A stretch of 64,000 nucleotides of DNA from Arcobacteraceae bacterium (GCA_963662945.1 OY759974.1:128001-192000), one strand, 5' to 3'; positions 52,915 to 60,839 are shown, numbered from the stretch's first letter. Notes: generated by a model not told the origin, from the sequence alone. Made by a program: numbers and translations.

Positions 52915-53133
52915 TGCTGTAATTTTGTCGCTGTCCGCTGTGCAGTTTCGCTGTTGCTGTTCGCTGTGCAGTTTGCTGTTTATAGTGCTTTTTTGCTGTT
53001 GCAGTTACAACAAAGCCCCATAAATAGGTACTTTATACAACTGCGGTGTATTATTGCTACTATTACATTACTGCAACTGTATTCAAGAGTATTTCAAATT
53101 TATTATATTGATAAGTTTAATATGCCAACTGCA
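52915..53133. repeat. Iteron-like array 1 (YGCWGT)
   Basis: 11 direct YGCWGT copies at 52915-53005 (13-mer CGCTGTGCAGTTT twice), then inverted copies at 53040, 53070 and 53128. Confidence 0.8.
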
Positions 53134-53233
53134 TGTATAGATTAAATATTTATACAAATCTATCAAATAAGTAGCCTACTCTATAAAATAATGTATAAAA
53201 TCAGAAATAATCAAATACTTATCAACTTTTTTA

Positions 53234-53533
53234 TGTCTTAATTAAGACAAAACACTCAAAATTAAGACAGATTAAGACACTTTGTCTTAATCTGCAAACA
53301 TCCAAATGGGTATATATGTAAAATATATATAGGTATGTGTCTTAATGTCTTAAATATATAAATAATATTCTTTTTTTACTTTATATACTAGCTTTATGAT
53401 TATTCTTAAATTAAGACGAGATTAAGACAAATTAAGACATTTGTCTTAATTAAGAGGATTTTTTTTACATTTTTCTTTAATATAGCTTAATTTTATAGTT
53501 TTAAAAAGTGAGATTAAGACATTAAGACACATA
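53234..53533. repeat. Iteron-like array 2 (TTAAGACA), probable replication origin
   Basis: TTAAGACA at 53242, 53262, 53272, 53422, 53432, 53514, 53522; TGTCTTAA at 53234, 53283, 53338, 53346, 53442; 20-bp perfect inverted repeat 53334-53353 / 53514-53533. Confidence 0.85.
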
Positions 53534-53677
53534 GCTCCATATAGAGAAAAAAGAGAGGGATATGTTCATAAATATAAAACATTCAAATGTAATATATTTA
53601 TTAGTTGTGCCTTAAATGGCAATCTAATATGTAATTTGATATGATTCAGTTTAAATAGTTACAAATAAGGTGTTTAA

Positions 53678-54430
53678 ATGATAAAATACATATATGATGA
53701 AGATGGTAATAAAACTGATGTTCAAATACCATTTGAATTATGGGAAAAAATTAAACTCAATTTAATTGATAAACATCTTTCTGATGAATTTGAAGAAATT
53801 GATAATGCGGACAATTTCTATCACACAGACTACTTACATATTCATTATATAGATATTATAGACTTATTTCTCAATAATAATGGCAAAGAAATACAAGAAG
53901 CTTACGAACATTATTTTGATTATTATAATTCGTTATCTGCGTATGATATTGAACTATTGTATATATTTAGAGGAGGTACTTTCTTCAATCTTAGAAATAA
54001 AAACTTCAATAACCATGCAAAGACATTATCTGATATATTTGAATTAACAACTCTAAATAACTTAGCAATAAATGAAGAACAATTTAATAGCATGGTTATA
54101 GAAAGCCATAGAAGAAATGAAATATCATTTTTACAATACTTTAAAATGAATTTTAAAATAAATAGAAAAATAAAATCTATAAGATTAAATAGAAAAACAG
54201 AACGAGATAGATTATTTATTTATGACATGTTACATTCAACATTTACAATTGAAAATATTATTATGGCTAAAGGCTTAGAAAAAACAGAACAAAGTATTAA
54301 TTCAATAAAAAAACATCTTTTAACTATGCTATCAAATTTCTTTTATAATGGTAATAAAGCACAAGTCTATAGAGCACAAAAAGAAGTATCAGAAAGATTA
54401 TTATATACAAATAGTAACTTTAAAATGTAA
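53678..54430 (+). CDS. Hypothetical protein (element-borne, possible regulator)
   Basis: 250-aa ORF with AAGG RBS; N-terminus YIYDEDGNKTDVQIPFELWEKI resembles Phd/antitoxin-type N-termini. Confidence 0.7.
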   Translation: MIKYIYDEDGNKTDVQIPFELWEKIKLNLIDKHLSDEFEEIDNADNFYHTDYLHIHYIDIIDLFLNNNGKEIQEAYEHYFDYYNSLSAYDIELLYIFRGGTFFNLRNKNFNNHAKTLSDIFELTTLNNLAINEEQFNSMVIESHRRNEISFLQYFKMNFKINRKIKSIRLNRKTERDRLFIYDMLHSTFTIENIIMAKGLEKTEQSINSIKKHLLTMLSNFFYNGNKAQVYRAQKEVSERLLYTNSNFKM

Positions 54431-54451
54431 TTTAACATATATAGATTGTTC

Positions 54452-54538
54452 AATAAATACATTTTAATATACTTAAATGTATTTATTTAAGCTTAATAAA
54501 AGTTAATTTAGTTCATAATTCCTTAATAAAATACATTT
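54452..54538. promoter_or_regulatory. Inverted-repeat operator-like site upstream of the xis-like gene
   Basis: AATAAATACATTT-10 nt-AAATGTATTTATT (54452-54487), plus a third half-site AAATACATTT at 54529-54538. Confidence 0.5.
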
Positions 54539-54550
54539 AAGGATATTAAA

Positions 54551-54754
54551 ATGAAACAAATTGAAGACTTCATTACAATTGAAGAGACAAGTCAACTAAC
54601 TGGTTTAACTCCAAAATCACTATCAAACTATCGTTCTAGAAAAGTAAAGTTTCCATTTTACAAAATGGGTGGGCAAATTTGGTACAAAAAATCTGAAATA
54701 CTAGAAATTATAAACAATAGTAGAGTATCTGTATCTACAGAGGTACAGTCATGA
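54551..54754 (+). CDS. Excisionase/AlpA-like HTH protein
   Basis: FITIEETSQLTGLTPKSLSNYRS...PFYKMGGQIWYKKSEI. Confidence 0.85.
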   Translation: MKQIEDFITIEETSQLTGLTPKSLSNYRSRKVKFPFYKMGGQIWYKKSEILEIINNSRVSVSTEVQS

Positions 54755-54960
54755 TACAAGAATACGAAATCAAAGACTACATCAATCAAGAGTTATCTAA
54801 AAATCAAACCATAGAAGTACTAACTGACCATTTAGTGGAACATACAGATATATTAACATTCATAGTAACCAAACACAATGGGGATACAATGAATATATCA
54901 AGAACTAGAAAAATTGCCTATGTAAAAAACTATATTGAGAATGTACAACGATATGGATAA
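54751..54960 (+). CDS. Small hypothetical protein
   Basis: ATGA overlap with the xis-like gene; GAGG RBS. Confidence 0.7.
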   Translation: MIQEYEIKDYINQELSKNQTIEVLTDHLVEHTDILTFIVTKHNGDTMNISRTRKIAYVKNYIENVQRYG

Positions 54961-55201
54961 TCTATTAAGAGATTTAAAATACTTCTTACTACACCATTAT
55001 GAGCAAGGGAAAAGTAAAAAGGTACTTTTAGGGCTACTTAATGAACTAGAAGATGAAAAAAAAGCTATATTACAAGTATATTTTAAATTAAAACAAGAAG
55101 ATATAAAACCAATTTTAGTAAAACAATTACTCATGAAGTATATCAATGAGATAACCATACAAATTGATAATAAGCGGAAAAAATTGAATAAGATAATATA
55201 G
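54953..55201 (+). CDS. Small hypothetical protein
   Basis: Likely start ATG 54953 overlapping the upstream gene end; helical 82 aa. Confidence 0.6.
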   Translation: MDNLLRDLKYFLLHHYEQGKSKKVLLGLLNELEDEKKAILQVYFKLKQEDIKPILVKQLLMKYINEITIQIDNKRKKLNKII

Positions 55202-55385
55202 CTATAAATTTCCCTATATATAGATAATACAATCACATAATTATGGGATTGTGGGGTAATTAATTCTTAAGGGTAATTCTTAAGTGAGAGGATAAGGGAG
55301 AGGAATTGAAACAAAATAAAATTAAAATTGAAGTGTCTAAAAAACACTAATCAATATAAAAAAACTTTAAACAATAGGAATAAAA

Positions 55386-57134
55386 TTGCAACATTATAGC
55401 TTACAAACAGAACAATCAGTATTAGCAACTTTAATTGATAACTATGATAAGTTTGAAAAATATCATACTCAATTAAAACCTGAAACATTTTTCTATGAAG
55501 CTAACCAAAGTATCTATAGTGCTATGCAAATTCTCTATAAAGATGATAAGCCTATAGATGCAGACTTTATAAGGCAAGAGCTAGATAAACAAGGAACTTC
55601 TATAGATGATTTCTTAATAGCAGTTATTACAAGTACTCCTACGGCAGTTATTGAAAAATATATTAAACAACTGCAGAAAGCACATGAAGAAAGAGAGGCT
55701 TTATCAGTAACTACCCTACTAAGAGAAGGGAAAATATCTGTAGAGCAACTGCAAACTAAACTTTCCAAGATACAAAACTTATACGATCGTGTTGAAAACA
55801 ATGAACTATCAAATAAAACTATTAATTTAGATAAACTATCTCCATTTTTAAAAGATGTGATCACTGACTTGCATAGTATAAATGAACATCCTATAAATAT
55901 GATACTTTCTACTGTCTTAACCTCAATGGGTGGACTTATCGGTGCTAGAGCTAAAGTAACAAATGGAATGTTTGAAGTTTATCCTGTAATATGGAGTATC
56001 ATAGTTGCCCCGTCATCATTAGCAACGAAATCAACACTTACTAGATATACCAAAAAATGTATCTTTGGTGAGCTTCAAGATAATCTATTTGAAGAATATA
56101 GAGGAAGACTGGAAAAATACAAAGAAGAAAGAAAAGCCTATAATAATCTATCGAAAGAAGATAAAAGAAACGAGATAGAACCTGAAAAGCCTGAACCACA
56201 ACTTCTTATATTTCAAAATGATGGTACACCTGAAGCAAAACTCAAATCTTTAGAAGATAATCCAAATGGTGGAGTTGTGTATTATGATGAGATGAAAGCA
56301 GAACTAGAAAAAACCAACAACGATAAAAGCTATAAAGCATTAAAAACATCTACCTTTGATGGAGATAGATTTCATAAAAGACTTGTAAATGGTGGTAGTA
56401 TCATACTTGAACATCCTATATTATGTGAAAATGGACTTATAACAGAACAATGGCTGTTAGATGTTATTCACAAAGATGATATCGTGAGTGGATTTATGGC
56501 AAGGTTTCTATTTAGTTACAATAAAAAAGAAGATTTTAAACCACTACAGATAAAACCACTTAGTATAAAAGTAGAAAAATATGCAAAAGTTGGAGAGTTT
56601 ATAATAGAAATGTTAGAACTTGAATGTAAAGAGCCAAATTTATTTAATCTTACTCTTGAAGCTAGAAATTATTACACTAATTGGTTTAATGACTTGTCAG
56701 ACACCATCTTCTATACTGAAACAGATGAAGAGATTACATCTAGCTATAGACTTACTACCTATGTTCTAAAATTTGCACTTATTAGCTATATTTTTGATAT
56801 GGCATATCAAGAAAATAATATCATCAAAAGTGGTTCAATAGCAATACCACTAAAATACATAAAAGAAGCTATATATCTTTTTGAGATATTTAGAGATGAA
56901 AATGACAAAGTACTTGCATTGTTTCAAAAGAATAATAAACTACATAAAACACTTGATGATATCTCAATGAAACTACAAAATAAGATTAGAGCTACTAAAG
57001 ATAAAAGAATATCAAAAACAAATGCAACTAATAGTATTAGAGGATTAAATGCTAAAAAATTAGATGAATTTATTGAGAAAAATTTATTTAGAATTGAGCA
57101 GATAGATAGAGTTAATTATATCTTTGAATGTTGA
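55386..57134 (+). CDS. DnaB N-terminal domain fused to DUF3987 (YfjI-like) P-loop domain; element replication protein
   Basis: HYSLQTEQSVLATLI...LKPETFFYEANQSIYSAM..L...DKPIDADFI is DnaB-N-like; VYPVIWSIIVAPSSLATKST, DGTPEA, VYYDE and GFMARFLF are DUF3987-like. Confidence 0.82.
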   Translation: MQHYSLQTEQSVLATLIDNYDKFEKYHTQLKPETFFYEANQSIYSAMQILYKDDKPIDADFIRQELDKQGTSIDDFLIAVITSTPTAVIEKYIKQLQKAHEEREALSVTTLLREGKISVEQLQTKLSKIQNLYDRVENNELSNKTINLDKLSPFLKDVITDLHSINEHPINMILSTVLTSMGGLIGARAKVTNGMFEVYPVIWSIIVAPSSLATKSTLTRYTKKCIFGELQDNLFEEYRGRLEKYKEERKAYNNLSKEDKRNEIEPEKPEPQLLIFQNDGTPEAKLKSLEDNPNGGVVYYDEMKAELEKTNNDKSYKALKTSTFDGDRFHKRLVNGGSIILEHPILCENGLITEQWLLDVIHKDDIVSGFMARFLFSYNKKEDFKPLQIKPLSIKVEKYAKVGEFIIEMLELECKEPNLFNLTLEARNYYTNWFNDLSDTIFYTETDEEITSSYRLTTYVLKFALISYIFDMAYQENNIIKSGSIAIPLKYIKEAIYLFEIFRDENDKVLALFQKNNKLHKTLDDISMKLQNKIRATKDKRISKTNATNSIRGLNAKKLDEFIEKNLFRIEQIDRVNYIFEC

Positions 57135-57145
57135 AAGGAAATACC

Positions 57146-58057
57146 ATGACACCACAAGTAAAAAAACTATTAGTACAATATAAAAGATATAGCTACTTTG
57201 TAGAGCAATATAATACTTATCTAGTATTAAAAGGTCATTGTAAAAATACAACTAATACATATATGAGACAAGCAAAAAAGTTTTTTATATTTATGAATAA
57301 AGATCTTATAGATAGAGATATGGTTATGAAATTTGTTATGCAACAGAAAACTACAGAGTCATCAACTAAAAATCATATTATATCTTGCACTAACAATATC
57401 ATAGAATTTGCTGAAAGTATAAATAAGTTTGATGACAATAAAAAAGGATTTAAACTATGTTCGGTACGAAATCATAGAAAAATACCTAAGATACTATCCT
57501 ATGAAGATATATCTGTCGTATTAGATACTCTAAAGAATAATAGAAAAGATTGGATGAGCTATAGGGATTATGCACTATTTATATTTTTATACGCAACAGG
57601 TGTGAGAGTAAGTGAATGTATAGAACTAACAACAGCTGATTTAATAGAAGATAAGCTCATAAAAGTAAATAATGGTAAAGGTAGTAAGGATAGAATAGTT
57701 CCTATAGCGATGAAAGCAGTAGAAGCACTAAAAGAATATATAGAACTTTGTCCCTTTGATACATCAAAAAACTTGTGGGTTAACTACATGGGTAAAAAGA
57801 TAAGTAGAATTTCTATATTTAAAATCACTAAAAATTGTGCAAATATAAGCCCACATAAACTAAGACATAGCTACGCAACACATTTATATAATAATGGTAT
57901 GGATTTAATGGTTCTTAGTCAATTATTAGGTCATGAGAATATTGAGACAACAGAGATATATCTTCATGTAGATAATAAGCAACTAAAAGAATGTATAGCT
58001 AAACACCACCCTATTAATAATTTAACTCAAGAGCAAAGGCAATCTATATTATGTTAA
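57146..58057 (+). CDS. Second tyrosine recombinase (XerC/D-like)
   Basis: RDYALFIFLYATGVRVSE, GKGSKDRIVP, SPHKLRHSYATH, LLGHENIETTEIY; AAAGGAA RBS before ATG 57146. Confidence 0.92.
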   Translation: MTPQVKKLLVQYKRYSYFVEQYNTYLVLKGHCKNTTNTYMRQAKKFFIFMNKDLIDRDMVMKFVMQQKTTESSTKNHIISCTNNIIEFAESINKFDDNKKGFKLCSVRNHRKIPKILSYEDISVVLDTLKNNRKDWMSYRDYALFIFLYATGVRVSECIELTTADLIEDKLIKVNNGKGSKDRIVPIAMKAVEALKEYIELCPFDTSKNLWVNYMGKKISRISIFKITKNCANISPHKLRHSYATHLYNNGMDLMVLSQLLGHENIETTEIYLHVDNKQLKECIAKHHPINNLTQEQRQSILC

Positions 58058-58878
58058 TCAATATGTTTGCAAAAGATGAATATTTAGGGAAAAAAGGTGG
58101 AAGTGGTATTCCTCAATTTATAATTTCTAAAATGCCTAAGCACGATATTTATATTGAAGCTTTTTTAGGAACTGGTGTAATTATGGCAAAGAAAAAAAAA
58201 GCTAAAGTTAATATTGGTATTGATAAAGATATATCTATACTGCAGAAAACAAACTTTACAGATGAATACCAAATATTACACGGAGATAGCATAATATTTA
58301 TTAAGTACCTTATAGAAAAATACATCTATGACGGAACTGTATTAGTATATCTTGACCCACCATATTTGCCTGAAACTAGAACATTTTTTAAAAACTGTAA
58401 ATATAAACACGAATTAGTACTTGATAGACATATACAACTATTAGATATCTGTACAAAATTATCTATGTTACATGATAACTTGCATTTTATGATAAGTGGT
58501 TATGCATCACAGCTTTATACAACTATGCTCGAGCATAGACATAATTGGAAACATTTTGAAACTAAAACAATGAGTAGAGGTGGAGTAAAAACAGAACATT
58601 TATGGACTAGTTTTAATCCTGATGAATATTTAAAACACGACCTTAACTATGTTGGCCATAATTTTACAGATAGACAAAGAATAAAAAGAAAAGCTAAAAG
58701 ATGGTTAAACAATTTAGAAAATATGGCTTTAGATGAAAAAACATTACTACTTGAACTGATCCATCATAGATATAAAAATCTATTTAACCAGGTATCAAAT
58801 AAAGCTGCTTACATAGATAATATTGACAATGGTGCACTAAAGTCACTTTTGTCTATAGGTGATGAAAGACAAAAATAG
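58051..58878 (+). CDS. Orphan DNA adenine methyltransferase (Dam/D12-like)
   Basis: YLGKKGG, YIEAFLGTG (SAM-binding), IGID, YLDPPY, MISGY. Confidence 0.88.
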   Translation: MLINMFAKDEYLGKKGGSGIPQFIISKMPKHDIYIEAFLGTGVIMAKKKKAKVNIGIDKDISILQKTNFTDEYQILHGDSIIFIKYLIEKYIYDGTVLVYLDPPYLPETRTFFKNCKYKHELVLDRHIQLLDICTKLSMLHDNLHFMISGYASQLYTTMLEHRHNWKHFETKTMSRGGVKTEHLWTSFNPDEYLKHDLNYVGHNFTDRQRIKRKAKRWLNNLENMALDEKTLLLELIHHRYKNLFNQVSNKAAYIDNIDNGALKSLLSIGDERQK

Positions 58879-58881
58879 CAT

Positions 58882-58911
58882 AAAAAAAAGAGCAAGACTC
58901 ACGCCCTACTC
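58882..58911 (-). terminator. Intrinsic terminator (minus strand only)
   Basis: GAGUAGGGC-GUGA-GUCUUGCUC-U8. The stem relies on G-U pairs, so it folds well only on the minus-strand RNA. Confidence 0.75.
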
Positions 58912-58949
58912 TTTCAATACTTCCAACCACGAAAGCCCCTTATATAAGT
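58882..58949 (-). ncRNA. Predicted ~68-nt small RNA of the element
   Basis: Minus-strand TGCTATAAT (58956-58964) followed by a short non-coding stretch and a GNRA-capped terminator with U8. Confidence 0.65.
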
Positions 58950-58973
58950 ACCAAAATTATAGCAAAAGAATCT

Positions 58974-59012
58974 AAAAGGTAAATATATTAATGCCTAAAT
59001 GTTACCTTTTTT
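58974..59012. repeat. Putative integrase arm-type sites (right)
   Basis: AAAAGGTAAAT (inverted, 58974) and TGTTACCTTTTTT (59000), same motif as at attL. Confidence 0.7.
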
Positions 59013-59064
59013 AAGAAAAATAACAACAATTCCCTTTATTAAAGGCATTATAACTATATTAGAA

Positions 59065-59082
59065 CCGGTCAGCGGTACCACT
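59065..59082 (+). repeat. attR core (duplicated tRNA-Leu 3' end)
   Basis: CCGGTCAGCGGTACCACT, identical to 50346-50363. Confidence 0.93.
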
Positions 59083-59158
59083 TTTTTTCATTTATATTTC
59101 AATGCCTTTGTCAAATAATATTTCTGTAAACTTTTAACTTTTACAAAAGCAAATTTTC

Positions 59159-59734
59159 CTACTTCATTACTCTTATATTACTTGGCAATAACTTCATAAC
59201 AGGCTTCTTTTTAGGTCTATTTTCAATCCAATTTCTATATATCTCTAAAACTTTATCTCTAGGTATCTCCAACGATGGATTATTTGTAAATGCCAATGCC
59301 TCTAAAACCCGTCTTTTCGTTACAACATTTTGTTGAGACTCTTGAAGTGCTATTGTTATAGTGTCTTGATTGACTAAAATGGTTCGCAAAAAAGATTCAC
59401 ATTGACCAATTTTTTGATAAGTTGTATTTGATAAGTTTTTTAATCTTTTATACTCTTGTTCAAGTCTATTTAGATATGTAGTTCTTAAGATTGACATATC
59501 TCTTGATGTCGCCTCTTTTTTATAAAGTTCTTTGTAGTATAACTTACCAAACTGTAAAGAGATCAGTTCAGCTTGTTTATAAGCTTTACTCGTAAGAGTA
59601 TTTTGTGATGTTGATAATATTAAAAAGTTTGCTGAACAAAAACCAATACCCTCAAGATTTTCTTCATAAAACTTCGGATCTGCTAGTACTACTGAAATCA
59701 TTAGACCATAAATAAACAGTAGTTTTTTCATCAT
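59159..59734 (-). CDS. Exported hypothetical protein
   Basis: Signal peptide MMKKLLFIYGLMISVVLA; two Cys; directly downstream of dapE. Confidence 0.7.
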   Translation of the reverse strand: MMKKLLFIYGLMISVVLADPKFYEENLEGIGFCSANFLILSTSQNTLTSKAYKQAELISLQFGKLYYKELYKKEATSRDMSILRTTYLNRLEQEYKRLKNLSNTTYQKIGQCESFLRTILVNQDTITIALQESQQNVVTKRRVLEALAFTNNPSLEIPRDKVLEIYRNWIENRPKKKPVMKLLPSNIRVMK

Positions 59735-59735
59735 T

Positions 59736-60839
59736 TTATTTCCAATTATTGATAAGATTTACAAAAACACTACAAAGTGTCTCAATCTCTTTTACAGTTG
59801 TTCTTTCATCAACTGCATGAATAGTATCGTTTATCACACCAAACTCAACTGTAGGTATCTTAAACTGCCCAAAATAACGTGCATCGCTAGTTCCACCAGC
59901 TGTGCTTAGCTTTGTGTCTATATTACAAATATCTTTTATACTATTTTGTATATTTTTTACAACTTGAGTATTTGCATCTGTTACAAAAGGATATGAGCCT
60001 TGAGTAAGACGTAAACTATAATCTAAATGTTTAAAATTCTCTTCTATATAGTTTGTGATAGTCTCTTGTGTTGTCTTTGTAGAGTTTCGTACATTGAACA
60101 TCATATTGAGTTTATTTGGAGTTACATTTGTAACTTCCATACCTGCTCTTATATCTGTGATTACTAATTGACTTGGAGAAAAGAACTCATCTCCATTATC
60201 AAGATTGTATCCTGCTATTTTTGAAAGTATTGGTGCTATTTGATGTACAGGATTTATTGCTTTTTCTGGGTATGCGGCATGTCCTTGTTTCCCTTTTATC
60301 TCTAAGTAACCATTAATACTACCTCGACGCCCTACTTTTATAGCATCCCCAAATATTTCTTCACAAGTAGGTTCTGCTACAACAGCTGATGTTGGTAAAA
60401 AATCTATCTCTTGTAAGTGTTCTAAAACTTTTACTGTACCATTTATGGCATCACCCTCTTCATCTGATGTTAATAGTATAGATAATGTACCATCAAAATC
60501 TTTTGTATTTTTACAAGCATAAAGAAAACTAGCAACTCCACTTTTCATATCTTGGGCACCTCGTGCAGTTATAATACCATCAATAACATCTGCAGCAAAT
60601 GGGTCTACACTCCATCCCTCACCTGTTGGCACTACATCAATATGTCCAGCAAAACAAAGATGTTCAGCATTTTCTGTAAATTTTTTATAATAAAATCTAT
60701 TTGAAACATCTTCTATATTTAATTTTATGCAATTCCATTCATCTCCCAAATATTCATCTATAAAATCATAAATACCTGCCTCTTGTGGTGTTATTGATTT
60801 ATACTGTAACAATTTTTGAAATAATGGTATAATTTGCAT
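59736..60839 (-). CDS. dapE: Succinyl-diaminopimelate desuccinylase
   Basis: FAGHIDVVP, RGAQDMKS, TSDEEG, IKVGRRGS, QGHAAYP, GGTSDAR, TIHAVDE. Confidence 0.96.
   Translation of the reverse strand: MQIIPLFQKLLQYKSITPQEAGIYDFIDEYLGDEWNCIKLNIEDVSNRFYYKKFTENAEHLCFAGHIDVVPTGEGWSVDPFAADVIDGIITARGAQDMKSGVASFLYACKNTKDFDGTLSILLTSDEEGDAINGTVKVLEHLQEIDFLPTSAVVAEPTCEEIFGDAIKVGRRGSINGYLEIKGKQGHAAYPEKAINPVHQIAPILSKIAGYNLDNGDEFFSPSQLVITDIRAGMEVTNVTPNKLNMMFNVRNSTKTTQETITNYIEENFKHLDYSLRLTQGSYPFVTDANTQVVKNIQNSIKDICNIDTKLSTAGGTSDARYFGQFKIPTVEFGVINDTIHAVDERTTVKEIETLCSVFVNLINNWK

Larger units (their letters stand above)
50346..59082. mobile_element. 8.7-kb integrative (satellite/IME-like) element at tRNA-Leu
   Basis: Flanking 18-bp direct repeats, integrase next to attL, Xis-like HTH, DUF3987 replication protein, iteron arrays, TA pair; core genes resume after attR. 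Confidence 0.92.

Noticed and set aside
52938-52950. GTGCAGTTT resembling the centre of the Helicobacter difH site, as a target for the Xer-like recombinase
   Set aside because: The flanking arms do not match, and the 9-mer is explained by the YGCWGT array.
52789-53145. 118-aa ORF across repeat array 1
   Set aside because: TTG start without an RBS, and the AV/LL composition simply reflects the DNA repeats; probably spurious.
52915-53533. CRISPR array
   Set aside because: Repeats are 6-8 bp, in both orientations, with irregular spacing; there are no 25-40 bp repeats with unique spacers and no cas genes.
58851-58930. ~25-codon minus-strand ORF (GTG after AAGGGG) within the predicted sRNA
   Set aside because: It would have to read through the terminator and overlap the MTase end; non-coding RNA is more parsimonious, though translation is not excluded.
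50346-59082. Prophage or conjugative ICE
   Set aside because: No capsid, terminase, tail, lysis, relaxase or T4SS genes are recognisable in the 8.7 kb.
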